64,000 bases of DNA. Source: a virus. The notes beneath the pieces were generated by a model that did no database searches, was not told the DNA's origin, and was given only the letters and a program-made list of their open reading frames with translations. Of the stretch, positions 48,080-57,120 are shown in pieces; position 1 is the stretch's first letter, and every line of letters begins with the position of its first letter. Location: positions 32,001 to 96,000 of IMG/VR virus record IMGVR_UViG_3300033182_000991; one strand, written 5' to 3'. A program made the position numbers and the translations under genes.

Positions 48080-48358
48080 ATTTTTTGGGAACGACACCCT
48101 CCCCTGAAAGGGCAGGTGTAGTGACCCTTGAGAAAATAGAGGGTCTAATAAAATAGGGTGTCTTAAATCCCATGAAAAAATCTTTCGCGCAACCCGTCCG
48201 ACCTTCGGTCGTTCGTTTTTCTTCTCGCAAACCGTCCGTCGGTCCTTCGGACCTCCTTTAATAAAATCTCTCTGACGCCGGAATCTATTTTAAGAAGGTC
48301 TTTTAATGTGTCTCTAAAAATCCCCCCGACCCCCCTATTTATTTAAAAATAATATATT

Positions 48359-49237
48359 ATGAAAAAACTTTTATCTATCTTAAAACGTGTCTTTAGAAAG
48401 ACATCCGATGTGGACCCAACCATTAATGATTATGTGGTATCGGCACTTAATGTGGTCTTACAATCTGATGCAATTCAGAATTGGACTTTTGAAACTTCAT
48501 CTGGTTGCGATACATCTGTATTAAATGATATGATTTTCTGTGGATTGGAAGCGAAAGATAAATACACATGGAGTGTGGTTGATGATGCGTGTGTCGATGC
48601 ATGTAACATAGCTTATGACGCATGTCATGGTGGGTGTTCTGCGGTTGATTGGACTTGTGGTAATTGTTGCACAAAGGAATGTAAAAAAGGTAGAGATGCG
48701 TGTAAAGATGCTTGTGGTTATTTGGACTACTCTGCTGGGTATGATTATAAAATTGAAAACATAAAAGGTGTTGGGGGTATTAAGGTAACAAGTATTGATG
48801 AAATGACCGTTTCACCTGATAACCCTAATGTGTTTAGTGTTACTATGAGTTTGAATGTCCCACAAACTACGGTTCATTGTTATTATAAAATTTGGGCAGA
48901 CCTTGCGGGTAGTTATGAAGGACATATGGATGTCATCGCAAAAAATTCAACAGGAACGGCAACGGGAACATTAACTTTAGAATGTGGTGTTGATAATCCA
49001 GGTTATTACTTGGTGGTTGACTCTGTAGATGTTACAATCCCTGAAAATGTGTTTGATTCTAATACCCTTACTCAGATTGCAAACGCTTTAGGTATGAGTG
49101 TATCATTCCTAACTGATGGTGTTGTTGATTTGAACAAAATGTTATTAGACTATGCGGATGGAGAATTGTCGACAGAATTGGAAAAAGTTTTAAATGACGT
49201 ATTGAAAGATAGTTGTTTAATGAGTGTCCAATGTTAA
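48359..49237 (+). CDS. Hypothetical protein with Cys-rich insert
   Basis: C-x3-C periodic stretch (ACVDACNIAYDACHGGC...CCTKECKKGRDACKDAC). Confidence 0.6.
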   Translation: MKKLLSILKRVFRKTSDVDPTINDYVVSALNVVLQSDAIQNWTFETSSGCDTSVLNDMIFCGLEAKDKYTWSVVDDACVDACNIAYDACHGGCSAVDWTCGNCCTKECKKGRDACKDACGYLDYSAGYDYKIENIKGVGGIKVTSIDEMTVSPDNPNVFSVTMSLNVPQTTVHCYYKIWADLAGSYEGHMDVIAKNSTGTATGTLTLECGVDNPGYYLVVDSVDVTIPENVFDSNTLTQIANALGMSVSFLTDGVVDLNKMLLDYADGELSTELEKVLNDVLKDSCLMSVQC

Positions 49238-49320
49238 TATCGTAAATTAAATAATTAATCCTCACAAAATAAGTGGGATTTTTTATTTTACAAAGTATTT
49301 ATATATAAATTAATCTTATT

Positions 49321-49692
49321 ATGAAACACTTATTAAATAACATTTCTGAAGAAGAGAAAAACAGAATCCGCGAACAACACGAAGGCGGAATGAACTTATC
49401 CATTGATAACTTCAAAACTTTGGTGGAAACTAAATTAGGTGACGCAAAACCATATCTTACTGAAGTATCACAAGAAGATGAATTGGATGAACAATTAAGA
49501 TTAAAGTACTTGACCATCCCTGAGATTGAATCTTTGGCGAAAGAAATAGTAGGTAAATTGGATGATAACTTAAAGAAACAGTTGCGTCGTTTGGATATGA
49601 GAAACGATAGACAAAGAATGATGTTAGTGAATGATATATTAGAACTTGTAGGTATTAACACTGACAAAATGGGTGGTGGACCACTTGGATAA
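49321..49692 (+). CDS. Hypothetical protein
   Basis: ISEEEKNRIREQH leader; flanked by terminators. Confidence 0.6.
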   Translation: MKHLLNNISEEEKNRIREQHEGGMNLSIDNFKTLVETKLGDAKPYLTEVSQEDELDEQLRLKYLTIPEIESLAKEIVGKLDDNLKKQLRRLDMRNDRQRMMLVNDILELVGINTDKMGGGPLG

Positions 49693-49767
49693 TTAATTAT
49701 TCTTAAAATAAAATACAAAAACCCTCACATTTCTGTGGGGGTTTTCTTTTTCTTGTTGGTTTGGTTC

Positions 49768-50181
49768 TTACGACATGATATAGTCAAATGACTCATTGAT
49801 TTCTGACATAAGAGTTTCGTAGTTGTAAGTATCACTGAACAAACACGTAGCAATGGTTAGTCGGTAACGTTCAATAAATCTAACTTTCATCTTGTCGTCC
49901 AATTGACTGAACTCTTCAATCCACCAACGTCCAAACTCTGAAAGGTATTCGTCAACATCGTCGTACCATTCCTTTTGGTCTTCTGGCATGTTCTCATACT
50001 CCTCAATGATATTTGAGTAAGTTGGAATGTTTTCCTTACCCCAATCACTCATCAACGCTTCAATGGTGTTTACCATATCTTCGTGAAGGTAAGCGAAGTC
50101 CAACATCTCCATAAGGTTGCGGTCCAATTTGTTTACTGTTCCATCCAAATCGTTCTCGTCGTAGTAAAATCTCTGTGGCAT
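49768..50181 (-). CDS. Hypothetical acidic protein
   Basis: Downstream of minus-strand TATATTTG (50216-50209). Confidence 0.6.
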   Translation of the reverse strand: MPQRFYYDENDLDGTVNKLDRNLMEMLDFAYLHEDMVNTIEALMSDWGKENIPTYSNIIEEYENMPEDQKEWYDDVDEYLSEFGRWWIEEFSQLDDKMKVRFIERYRLTIATCLFSDTYNYETLMSEINESFDYIMS

Positions 50182-50286
50182 GATTTTTATTTTTTTAAGT
50201 TTATACGACAAATATAAAAGATAAATTTGATGTTGACAACACCTATCTTTTATTTTTTTTGTGTATTTATAATAAAATCATTTATT

Positions 50287-50559
50287 ATGAAGAAAGTCAA
50301 ATTGACCGAGAAACAATTGGAAGAGTTGGTTCTTAAAGTATTGGAAGAACAAGGCGCTATTGGTGGTGCTTCATCGGGAATGAATAGAAGTGAAATCAAT
50401 AACTTACCTAAATGTTCTAAGAAAGACGCCAAAGAACTAATTAATGGTGTTGTGAAACAACCTGTGATGTCTAAGTTTCAATATGCTGCCATTGCCACAG
50501 GTACAGGAACTGAGTTGTATTTGGAAGTTAAAAACAAACCATTCTGCAAATTAAGATAA
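50287..50559 (+). CDS. Hypothetical protein
   Basis: MKKVKLTEKQL...LEEQ leader. Confidence 0.6.
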   Translation: MKKVKLTEKQLEELVLKVLEEQGAIGGASSGMNRSEINNLPKCSKKDAKELINGVVKQPVMSKFQYAAIATGTGTELYLEVKNKPFCKLR

Positions 50560-50560
50560 T

Positions 50561-51100
50561 ATGGTTAGTGAGAAGGCTATAGAAGACTTACTCAATACAT
50601 TGGGTAAACAATTGGCAATGGTCTACTACGGTCTTGACCTTAACTTCACCGTTGTGGAGGTTTCCGAAAAATACGGGTTTCCCAGAATCGTCGTCAAGAC
50701 TGACAAACAAATTCCAATGACATTTGAAGTTAAAACAGAACCAGGTATGAACGCCGGTAGGTTCGCTCGTATTGGTGATTTGATGGGAAATCTTAGTCAT
50801 ATCATGAAATATATTGGTCTTAAAGGTGCAGACATAGTAATCCCTGAAGAACAAACACCTGAAAGATACCAAACCGTTGTAACTCCCGATGACTTTATCA
50901 AACACCCACAAGATTATGTGGAGTTGGAAAGTGTGGGTCATGTCTTAGAAAAAGATACGGGTTATGTTTATCCCTTATATCAGAACGGTAGGATAGACGT
51001 TAACAATTCGATACACCTTTCAGAGATTTTTGAAGAAGGGGGTTGGTGGGATTCATTATCGCCTGAGGATATTCACACATTAGAGAATATTTATAAGTAA
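50561..51100 (+). CDS. Hypothetical protein
   Basis: 179 aa; IMKYIG. Confidence 0.6.
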   Translation: MVSEKAIEDLLNTLGKQLAMVYYGLDLNFTVVEVSEKYGFPRIVVKTDKQIPMTFEVKTEPGMNAGRFARIGDLMGNLSHIMKYIGLKGADIVIPEEQTPERYQTVVTPDDFIKHPQDYVELESVGHVLEKDTGYVYPLYQNGRIDVNNSIHLSEIFEEGGWWDSLSPEDIHTLENIYK

Positions 51101-51120
51101 CTAAACAAAAATTATTCATT

Positions 51121-51354
51121 ATGGCATTCAAAGACATTTTTAAGGACAACAATGACTACAACGAAAAAAACATCGTTGGTTTCATGTCATTCGCAGTTAT
51201 GAGTTTAACTGCCATCGCAGATGTGGTAACAGGTATCTGCGGTAAAGAATTGGTTATTGATGATACCATCTTTAACTCGTTTGTGATTATCACATTAGGT
51301 GCTTTCGGTATTGCGGAAGCGGGTAAAATCTTCGGTGGTAAGAAAGATGAGTAA
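51121..51354 (+). CDS. Small two-TM membrane protein (holin-like)
   Basis: Two hydrophobic helices and a basic C-terminus. Confidence 0.5.
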   Translation: MAFKDIFKDNNDYNEKNIVGFMSFAVMSLTAIADVVTGICGKELVIDDTIFNSFVIITLGAFGIAEAGKIFGGKKDE

Positions 51355-51459
51355 GAATTAGAAGGAAACAATAAATTACCCTCACATTTTTGTGGGGGTT
51401 TTTTATTTATGTTATTTACAGAAATGGTTAGTCAATTATTTTTAAGTAAAATGACTACA

Positions 51460-52077
51460 ATGGATAAAAACTATAATGACATTAAGGACACTATCGCTAA
51501 GTTTGATAGGGTAATTGTTACAGGTCCTCACGGAGCGGGAAATAAAATTACTGCAAAAATTATTGAACACGATTTTGGATTGAAGTACATCCGTTTTGAG
51601 AATCCGTGGTCACACCATAACTATTGGGACCATGAGTTGGGACTCAAAAGAGAGTTGGAAAAAATCAGAGAGGAAAATGAAAAGTATGTTTTGTTCTCAC
51701 CATCGGTTTCAGGTCACCTGTTAAGAATGATGGAATATCTTGACGACACATTAATCGTCTTTACCTACAAAGACCCTGAAGAAGTTCATAAGTATACTTT
51801 AAGAAATGACTACCTAAAAAATCAAACTCACACTTATGAGTCTTTGGTATATACTGATGTTATTGTAAATGAGTTTCCTGAGTATGCGGATTTATTGAGT
51901 GAGAGTATTGACGATATGACGTGGATGTTTTGGGAACAAGTACAAAAGGAACGTGTACCACATGCGGTAGATTCCCACCACTCCAGTTTGGAATCCCATC
52001 CATTATTCATTCCAAAAGAAGAAAGGTCACACTTCAAAGCATGGCAAACCGCTCATGACCAGAAAGGACATAATTAA
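51460..52077 (+). CDS. P-loop-like (sulfotransferase/kinase fold) protein
   Basis: VIVTGPHGAGNK; YKDPEEV. Confidence 0.45.
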   Translation: MDKNYNDIKDTIAKFDRVIVTGPHGAGNKITAKIIEHDFGLKYIRFENPWSHHNYWDHELGLKRELEKIREENEKYVLFSPSVSGHLLRMMEYLDDTLIVFTYKDPEEVHKYTLRNDYLKNQTHTYESLVYTDVIVNEFPEYADLLSESIDDMTWMFWEQVQKERVPHAVDSHHSSLESHPLFIPKEERSHFKAWQTAHDQKGHN

Positions 52078-52098
52078 TATATTTATAAATAAAAAATT

Positions 52099-52437
52099 AT
52101 GACACCACAAGATTACGAACAATTATTCTCAGGGTTTACATTTGGTAGTCCAAACTTATCAGATACTTTAACATTTACTCAGGTAAGTGGTCGTACTCAT
52201 ATTGATGTTATTGATATTAATGTTTCAGCATCCACTGTATATATGTCTGACTATATGGGTTACCCAAATGATATTTGTAATCCTATTTCAGATGTATTAG
52301 AAGCGAGTGAGTTTGCGGGACAAGATGGGGATAGGGTGTTTAATTTATTTTTTATGGATGGTACAGACAAAAAACATTTGGAAAGTTTTTGGTTTGACTC
52401 CGATGGTCTTTTAATATTCTCCCCTGTTATTCCTTAA
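52099..52437 (+). CDS. Hypothetical protein
   Basis: 112 aa; ATATTTAT upstream. Confidence 0.55.
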   Translation: MTPQDYEQLFSGFTFGSPNLSDTLTFTQVSGRTHIDVIDINVSASTVYMSDYMGYPNDICNPISDVLEASEFAGQDGDRVFNLFFMDGTDKKHLESFWFDSDGLLIFSPVIP

Positions 52438-52452
52438 CTTAGGTAGATATTT

Positions 52453-52917
52453 ATGGATATGAAACCATCGTATAAAGATTTAATGACCATTTATTATAAT
52501 TCACAGGTAACACCACAATTGGATTGGGTGGACGGAATTGTTGTGGACAAATTTGACATTGTACAAAAAGAAAGAGAAAATGCAATTCTGGATACCAAGA
52601 AAGGTCAATTCATAAATAAGATGGTTCCTGTTGTTGACGCTAAGATTCGTATCTTATCTAATGTTGATGTTCCTGACACTATGACATCTATGCAATTTTT
52701 TGAAAAATTAGGAATGTCCCCTACTGATTTTTCTAACATGATGTATGACAGTAAAATTGAAAATTATATTGGTTTACCTAAAGGGGTGATGTATGATGAT
52801 TTGTCTGATTTTGATATGCAGATTCTTACTAAAGATGAGGTAAAATCTGAATTGGACGAAAGAATCATTAATATATTTAAGACTGACAAGCCTATTACTA
52901 CTCTGGGTATGTTCTAA
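52453..52917 (+). CDS. Hypothetical protein
   Basis: 154-aa ORF. Confidence 0.55.
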   Translation: MDMKPSYKDLMTIYYNSQVTPQLDWVDGIVVDKFDIVQKERENAILDTKKGQFINKMVPVVDAKIRILSNVDVPDTMTSMQFFEKLGMSPTDFSNMMYDSKIENYIGLPKGVMYDDLSDFDMQILTKDEVKSELDERIINIFKTDKPITTLGMF

Positions 52918-53133
52918 CCCTCTAACCTCACCAGGTGAGGTACGTTGGACTTTTTCCACTTCGTGGGGTACCTACCCCACTCGTGTCTTAAAAATGTCTT
53001 AAAATCAAAATTTTCCTATATAATAATATTATATAATAATTCTATTATTTTCTTATATTTTACTTATTCTACTATTACTATATTATATATTATATTATAA
53101 GAATAATAATTATCACAAACATCACGAAAAGAC

Positions 53134-53724
53134 ATGCGATTAGAAGATTTTATTTTGGTGAAGGATAATGTGTTTACAAAAGAGTTCTGTCAGGAGTTGG
53201 TGGACTTTTTTGAAAATAACCCACAATACAGACATAAAGGTGAGATGGCTGGTGGTTTGAATACAGAGGTAAAAGACACCACAGACCTTAACCTTTTTAA
53301 TTATCCCGAACTTATGGAGATGTATGGAGATTTCGTTCTCTCTAAATTTAATGAAGTGGTTAGTGAATACGCCGAATCGTTACCATTTCAGAATAAATTT
53401 GACGCACCTTCTGTATTATTTTACGAAAACAGTGAATACACCACTTGTCAGATTCAAAAATACGATAAAGGGGTGGGTCATTATAACGCATTTCACTTTG
53501 AAACTGATAATGCAACTAATTGTTGTCGTGTTTTTGTTTTTATACTCTATTTGAACGACGTTGAAGAGGGTGGTGAGACCGAAGTTTTGTACTCAAGAAC
53601 GAAAACTAAACCTAAAACAGGACGTGTTATTTGTCACCCCGCAACTTTCCCATTTGTACACAATGGACACACCCCAATTTCGGACGATAAGTACATTTTA
53701 ACGACCTGGTTGAACTATGTGTGA
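53134..53724 (+). CDS. 2OG-Fe(II) oxygenase (prolyl 4-hydroxylase-like)
   Basis: QIQKY...FHFE, LYLNDVEEGGET, PKTGR, F.H.G..P....KYILTTW. Confidence 0.85.
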   Translation: MRLEDFILVKDNVFTKEFCQELVDFFENNPQYRHKGEMAGGLNTEVKDTTDLNLFNYPELMEMYGDFVLSKFNEVVSEYAESLPFQNKFDAPSVLFYENSEYTTCQIQKYDKGVGHYNAFHFETDNATNCCRVFVFILYLNDVEEGGETEVLYSRTKTKPKTGRVICHPATFPFVHNGHTPISDDKYILTTWLNYV

Positions 53725-53819
53725 TATTTATAATAGTAAAATATTGTTTTAAAATGGGTGTTTTTGATGAAAATATCCATTTTTTCGTTTAATACGAATA
53801 AATGACTAAATAATACGTC

Positions 53820-54032
53820 ATGGAAGATGATAAAAGACAGAAAATCAAATCTCTTGATACTCAAATCAAGCAATTAAATAAAGAAAAAGAGTTAATTCAG
53901 GACTCTTGTACACATAAAACCACTAAGGTAAAGTTCGAAAACGGCACAAATACTATGAAACTCTATTGTGCTGAGTGTGATAAGGAGGTTGGATACCCCA
54001 CAAAGGAGCAAATTGATGAATTTTTAGGATAA
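53820..54032 (+). CDS. Small zinc-ribbon-like protein
   Basis: Coiled coil, then CTH...CAEC. Confidence 0.55.
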   Translation: MEDDKRQKIKSLDTQIKQLNKEKELIQDSCTHKTTKVKFENGTNTMKLYCAECDKEVGYPTKEQIDEFLG

Positions 54033-54155
54033 ATTTTCAGAAATTCCCTCTTTTTTTAGAAAACAGTTCAGATGAACGTTACCGACCATATAATCTTCGG
54101 GTATTCTCTCGGTGTTTTCTCCACAAATCGGACAAATATTGATATTGTATTCCAT
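54024..54155 (-). CDS. Small Zn-finger-like protein (43 aa, not in ORF track)
   Basis: MEYNINICPICGEN...HLNC. Confidence 0.45.
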   Translation of the reverse strand: MEYNINICPICGENTERIPEDYMVGNVHLNCFLKKEGISENLS

Positions 54156-54206
54156 TTTTAAGACTTTTCCTTAAATTTAGGTAATATTTATAATAAAAAC
54201 AACACT

Positions 54207-54290
54207 ATGAACTGCGATAATTGTACTTGTGACGAAAGTTGTTTAACGGAAGGTTGTCACTGCACGAATTGCACGTGTATATTTGATTAA
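54207..54290 (+). CDS. Cys-rich metallothionein-like microprotein (27 aa, not in ORF track)
   Basis: MNCDNCTCDESCLTEGCHCTNCTCIFD*; ATATTTATA upstream. Confidence 0.55.
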   Translation: MNCDNCTCDESCLTEGCHCTNCTCIFD

Positions 54291-54366
54291 ACGACCCCTT
54301 TTTAGGGGATTTAGGACCGTTATCAGTGATGGTAACGATAAAGGGAGAGGTTCGCTACCTTCTCCC

Positions 54367-55158
54367 TTACTTTTTATTAAGAATTTCTTGTAATAACCTC
54401 AAATTTTGTACTGTAGAGGTCTTTTTTGACTCGTCAAACCTTCTATATCCCTTAACTACCATTCTTGGGTTAGCAGTATCTATGGCTTGTTGGATATATT
54501 TCTTTCTTTTACTTAAAATACCCATTAATAAGTCTAACATTTCAATATCCCACTCAGATTCTACATAATTCATGAAATCTTCAGAGGTAAATGGGGCTTC
54601 AAAGGTATCTAAGTCTACTTTTTGTTCTTCTTGTTCATTTACAGACTCATTAAAAGGGACTTCTTTGAAATTATCAACTTGTTGTTCGGTATCTTTGGCA
54701 TCGTAAATCTCTGAGTCTACCAAACTACCGTCACTTACAGATAATTCATATTCGTCAAACAAATTTTGTATGAACACCTCTGAATATCCTTCCATTTCAC
54801 CAGTATAATAGTCGGCTTTCCATGCCCAATACTTTTCAACACCATCCCACTCAAATTTTTTCTTTTGAGGAATCATATATTCTTCAGAGTTGAAGTTTCC
54901 ACTATCCAATAGAGACGCATTGTCCTTCATAAAGGTAAAAACGTAATCGTCAACCTCATTTTCGGTGACATTTTTTATTCCCACTAATTTTAAGTTGGAA
55001 TAAACCTCATCTAAAAAACGATTCCGAGGACTCAGGTTATCAAAACTAACTTTGTCATTATAGTTTGATAAGGTAAATTGAATGACTTTCAGAAGTGCCT
55101 CTGTATTAACAGGTGCAGTTCTCGGCATTTTGTCTTCGTTCATACTATTTTTACTCAT
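54367..55158 (-). CDS. Hypothetical protein
   Basis: 263-aa ORF. Confidence 0.6.
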   Translation of the reverse strand: MSKNSMNEDKMPRTAPVNTEALLKVIQFTLSNYNDKVSFDNLSPRNRFLDEVYSNLKLVGIKNVTENEVDDYVFTFMKDNASLLDSGNFNSEEYMIPQKKKFEWDGVEKYWAWKADYYTGEMEGYSEVFIQNLFDEYELSVSDGSLVDSEIYDAKDTEQQVDNFKEVPFNESVNEQEEQKVDLDTFEAPFTSEDFMNYVESEWDIEMLDLLMGILSKRKKYIQQAIDTANPRMVVKGYRRFDESKKTSTVQNLRLLQEILNKK

Positions 55159-55219
55159 TGTAATAAATGGATTTACTTATAAATATCCGTATATTTATAT
55201 TAGTATAGACAATTTTTTC

Positions 55220-56041
55220 ATGGACGAAATAATTCAGATATTGAAAAGTTGGATTGATATTAATCTGACAGAACTAAAGACAGGTAAATTACCCCACGTC
55301 AGTTTTATTATTGACCGTATTATCACCCACCCAACCAGTAGAGGACTCATAAAACATCTAAGTGGTTATGAGGTGGTTAAAATCGGTTATATCCTGTTCC
55401 ACATGTATGAAGGAAAGACCTTGGAAGAGGCTAAAGAAATTGTTGAGAATATCCATACGGTTCATGTGGTTGAAATCAATGATATCGGTGATGAAATGGA
55501 AGAGTGTGAAACCTGTTATGCAGATGGAACTATTGAATGTAGCACTTGTGATGGTGATACTACAATTGACTGTTATGTATGTAATGGTGACCCTGATAGT
55601 ATTGAAGGAGGGTGTGACTACTGTGATGGGACAGGAAAAATAGATTGTGATGAATGTTACGGTGATGGTAACTTGGAATGTTATGACTGTGGTGGTGATG
55701 GTGAAGTAATGTCAGGTTATGAGTATGTAGAATTTGATGAAGATATATGGTTATTCACGAACGATGAGTTATATAAAACATATCAAGCCAAGATGGATGG
55801 AAAAATCCAAAACATAGATTTCTACGAAGAAAGTGATGAACACGCTGGTGACCTATGGTTATACAAAAATACAAAAGACGGTATGAGATTGGAGGACTTC
55901 AACTCCGTAAATATGATAGAAGAACCTCAGAGGGGTGAAAGTATTGTTGTTGATTTAGATGAGGATATCCCATCAGGATTGAAGAATATGATGAGTATAA
56001 AAAAATTCGGTAACTCAGGGAGAGACTACCGAATTATTTAA
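55220..56041 (+). CDS. Protein with DnaJ-type CxxCxGxG zinc-finger repeats
   Basis: CETCYADG, CSTCDGD, CYVCNG, CDYCDGTG, CDECYGDG, CYDCGGDG; no J domain seen. Confidence 0.7.
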   Translation: MDEIIQILKSWIDINLTELKTGKLPHVSFIIDRIITHPTSRGLIKHLSGYEVVKIGYILFHMYEGKTLEEAKEIVENIHTVHVVEINDIGDEMEECETCYADGTIECSTCDGDTTIDCYVCNGDPDSIEGGCDYCDGTGKIDCDECYGDGNLECYDCGGDGEVMSGYEYVEFDEDIWLFTNDELYKTYQAKMDGKIQNIDFYEESDEHAGDLWLYKNTKDGMRLEDFNSVNMIEEPQRGESIVVDLDEDIPSGLKNMMSIKKFGNSGRDYRII

Positions 56042-56059
56042 TAACGTTAAGTACGTTTC

Positions 56060-56536
56060 TTAGAACATATGTTTGTTTAAGAATCTATCTACTTTAAGAA
56101 CACCATCGTGACCTGTACTGAAAACTGCAGATACATTAGTCAATCCCATTACCTTAATAACCGTTTGGTCAACTAAGTTAACTTCAAAAATTGACTCTCC
56201 CACTTCTTTTCTGTAAAGACCTTTGGCGAATTCATTAAACCCTCTACCAACCAACATATCAATTAATTCTGTATGCACAGTGAAATCAACCGGTAGAACT
56301 GGGTCCATCGGTTTCAAGTCACTCGGTTGAGGTGTTGGAGAAGGGTTACTTACTTTTTTTTTTAAGTCGTCATTAAGACCACTTTCCAAATCTGCAAGTT
56401 TGTCATCCATTTTGTCCTTCCACGTCTCATCCTGAGGTTTCGTGTTGTAATCATACTTATAAGGGTTTTCACCTTCGTACTTCTTTGCTCTTGGTTTGAA
56501 CAAATTTTTGAAAAAATCTACTAATTTTTTGAACAT
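56060..56536 (-). CDS. Hypothetical protein
   Basis: 158 aa; amphipathic N-terminus. Confidence 0.55.
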   Translation of the reverse strand: MFKKLVDFFKNLFKPRAKKYEGENPYKYDYNTKPQDETWKDKMDDKLADLESGLNDDLKKKVSNPSPTPQPSDLKPMDPVLPVDFTVHTELIDMLVGRGFNEFAKGLYRKEVGESIFEVNLVDQTVIKVMGLTNVSAVFSTGHDGVLKVDRFLNKHMF

Positions 56537-56566
56537 GATGTTTAAGTTTTAGTTATAAATAGTGTT

Positions 56567-56899
56567 TTAATTATTAATAGTCAAGGTATCTGTAGAATTA
56601 TTAAAAGTAATTTCACCTGTGGTGTTTGTGCCGTAAGTAATGTGTCCTGTACCATGTGAGCTGATATGGAAAGGTGGTTGATATGTACCTGTATCGTCCC
56701 CGAAGTAGGTCCAATGTGGTAGTAGTGGGTTTGTGATTGTTTCGGTAGGTCTATCACTTAGATAGTCATCGGCCATGTCTACTTTCCATTCTTCTACTCC
56801 ATCAATATTGATTAATGAAAGGACGTGTTGTAGGTCCTCTATAGTGAATGGTTCGTGAAATAAAATTTTGTTGTTTTCAGTATCAATCGTGAACTTCAT
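56567..56899 (-). CDS. Hypothetical protein
   Basis: 110-aa ORF. Confidence 0.5.
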   Translation of the reverse strand: MKFTIDTENNKILFHEPFTIEDLQHVLSLINIDGVEEWKVDMADDYLSDRPTETITNPLLPHWTYFGDDTGTYQPPFHISSHGTGHITYGTNTTGEITFNNSTDTLTINN

Positions 56900-57119
56900 C
56901 TTTAACTTCTCTTTTTACAGTTGTACACTTTCCTTCGTTGATTATGTTATAAAGGAAATATAAAAGAGATGTCATTAATAGTAAAGAAACTATCTCAGCA
57001 ATCCAGTATTGAATGTTGTGTCCACATTCTATGATAATTCCACCTTTAACTGTATTGGTAATAGATAATGCAAATACATAAAGAAAGGCGTAAATAAGTT
57101 TTCTGTATTTTTTGAACAT
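56883..57119 (-). CDS. Small membrane protein
   Basis: Two TM segments. Confidence 0.5.
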   Translation of the reverse strand: MFKKYRKLIYAFLYVFALSITNTVKGGIIIECGHNIQYWIAEIVSLLLMTSLLYFLYNIINEGKCTTVKREVKDEVHD

Positions 57120-57120
57120 A

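Noticed and set aside
54326-54568. 80-aa + strand ORF
   Set aside because: Antisense to the 263-aa gene and starts within hairpins
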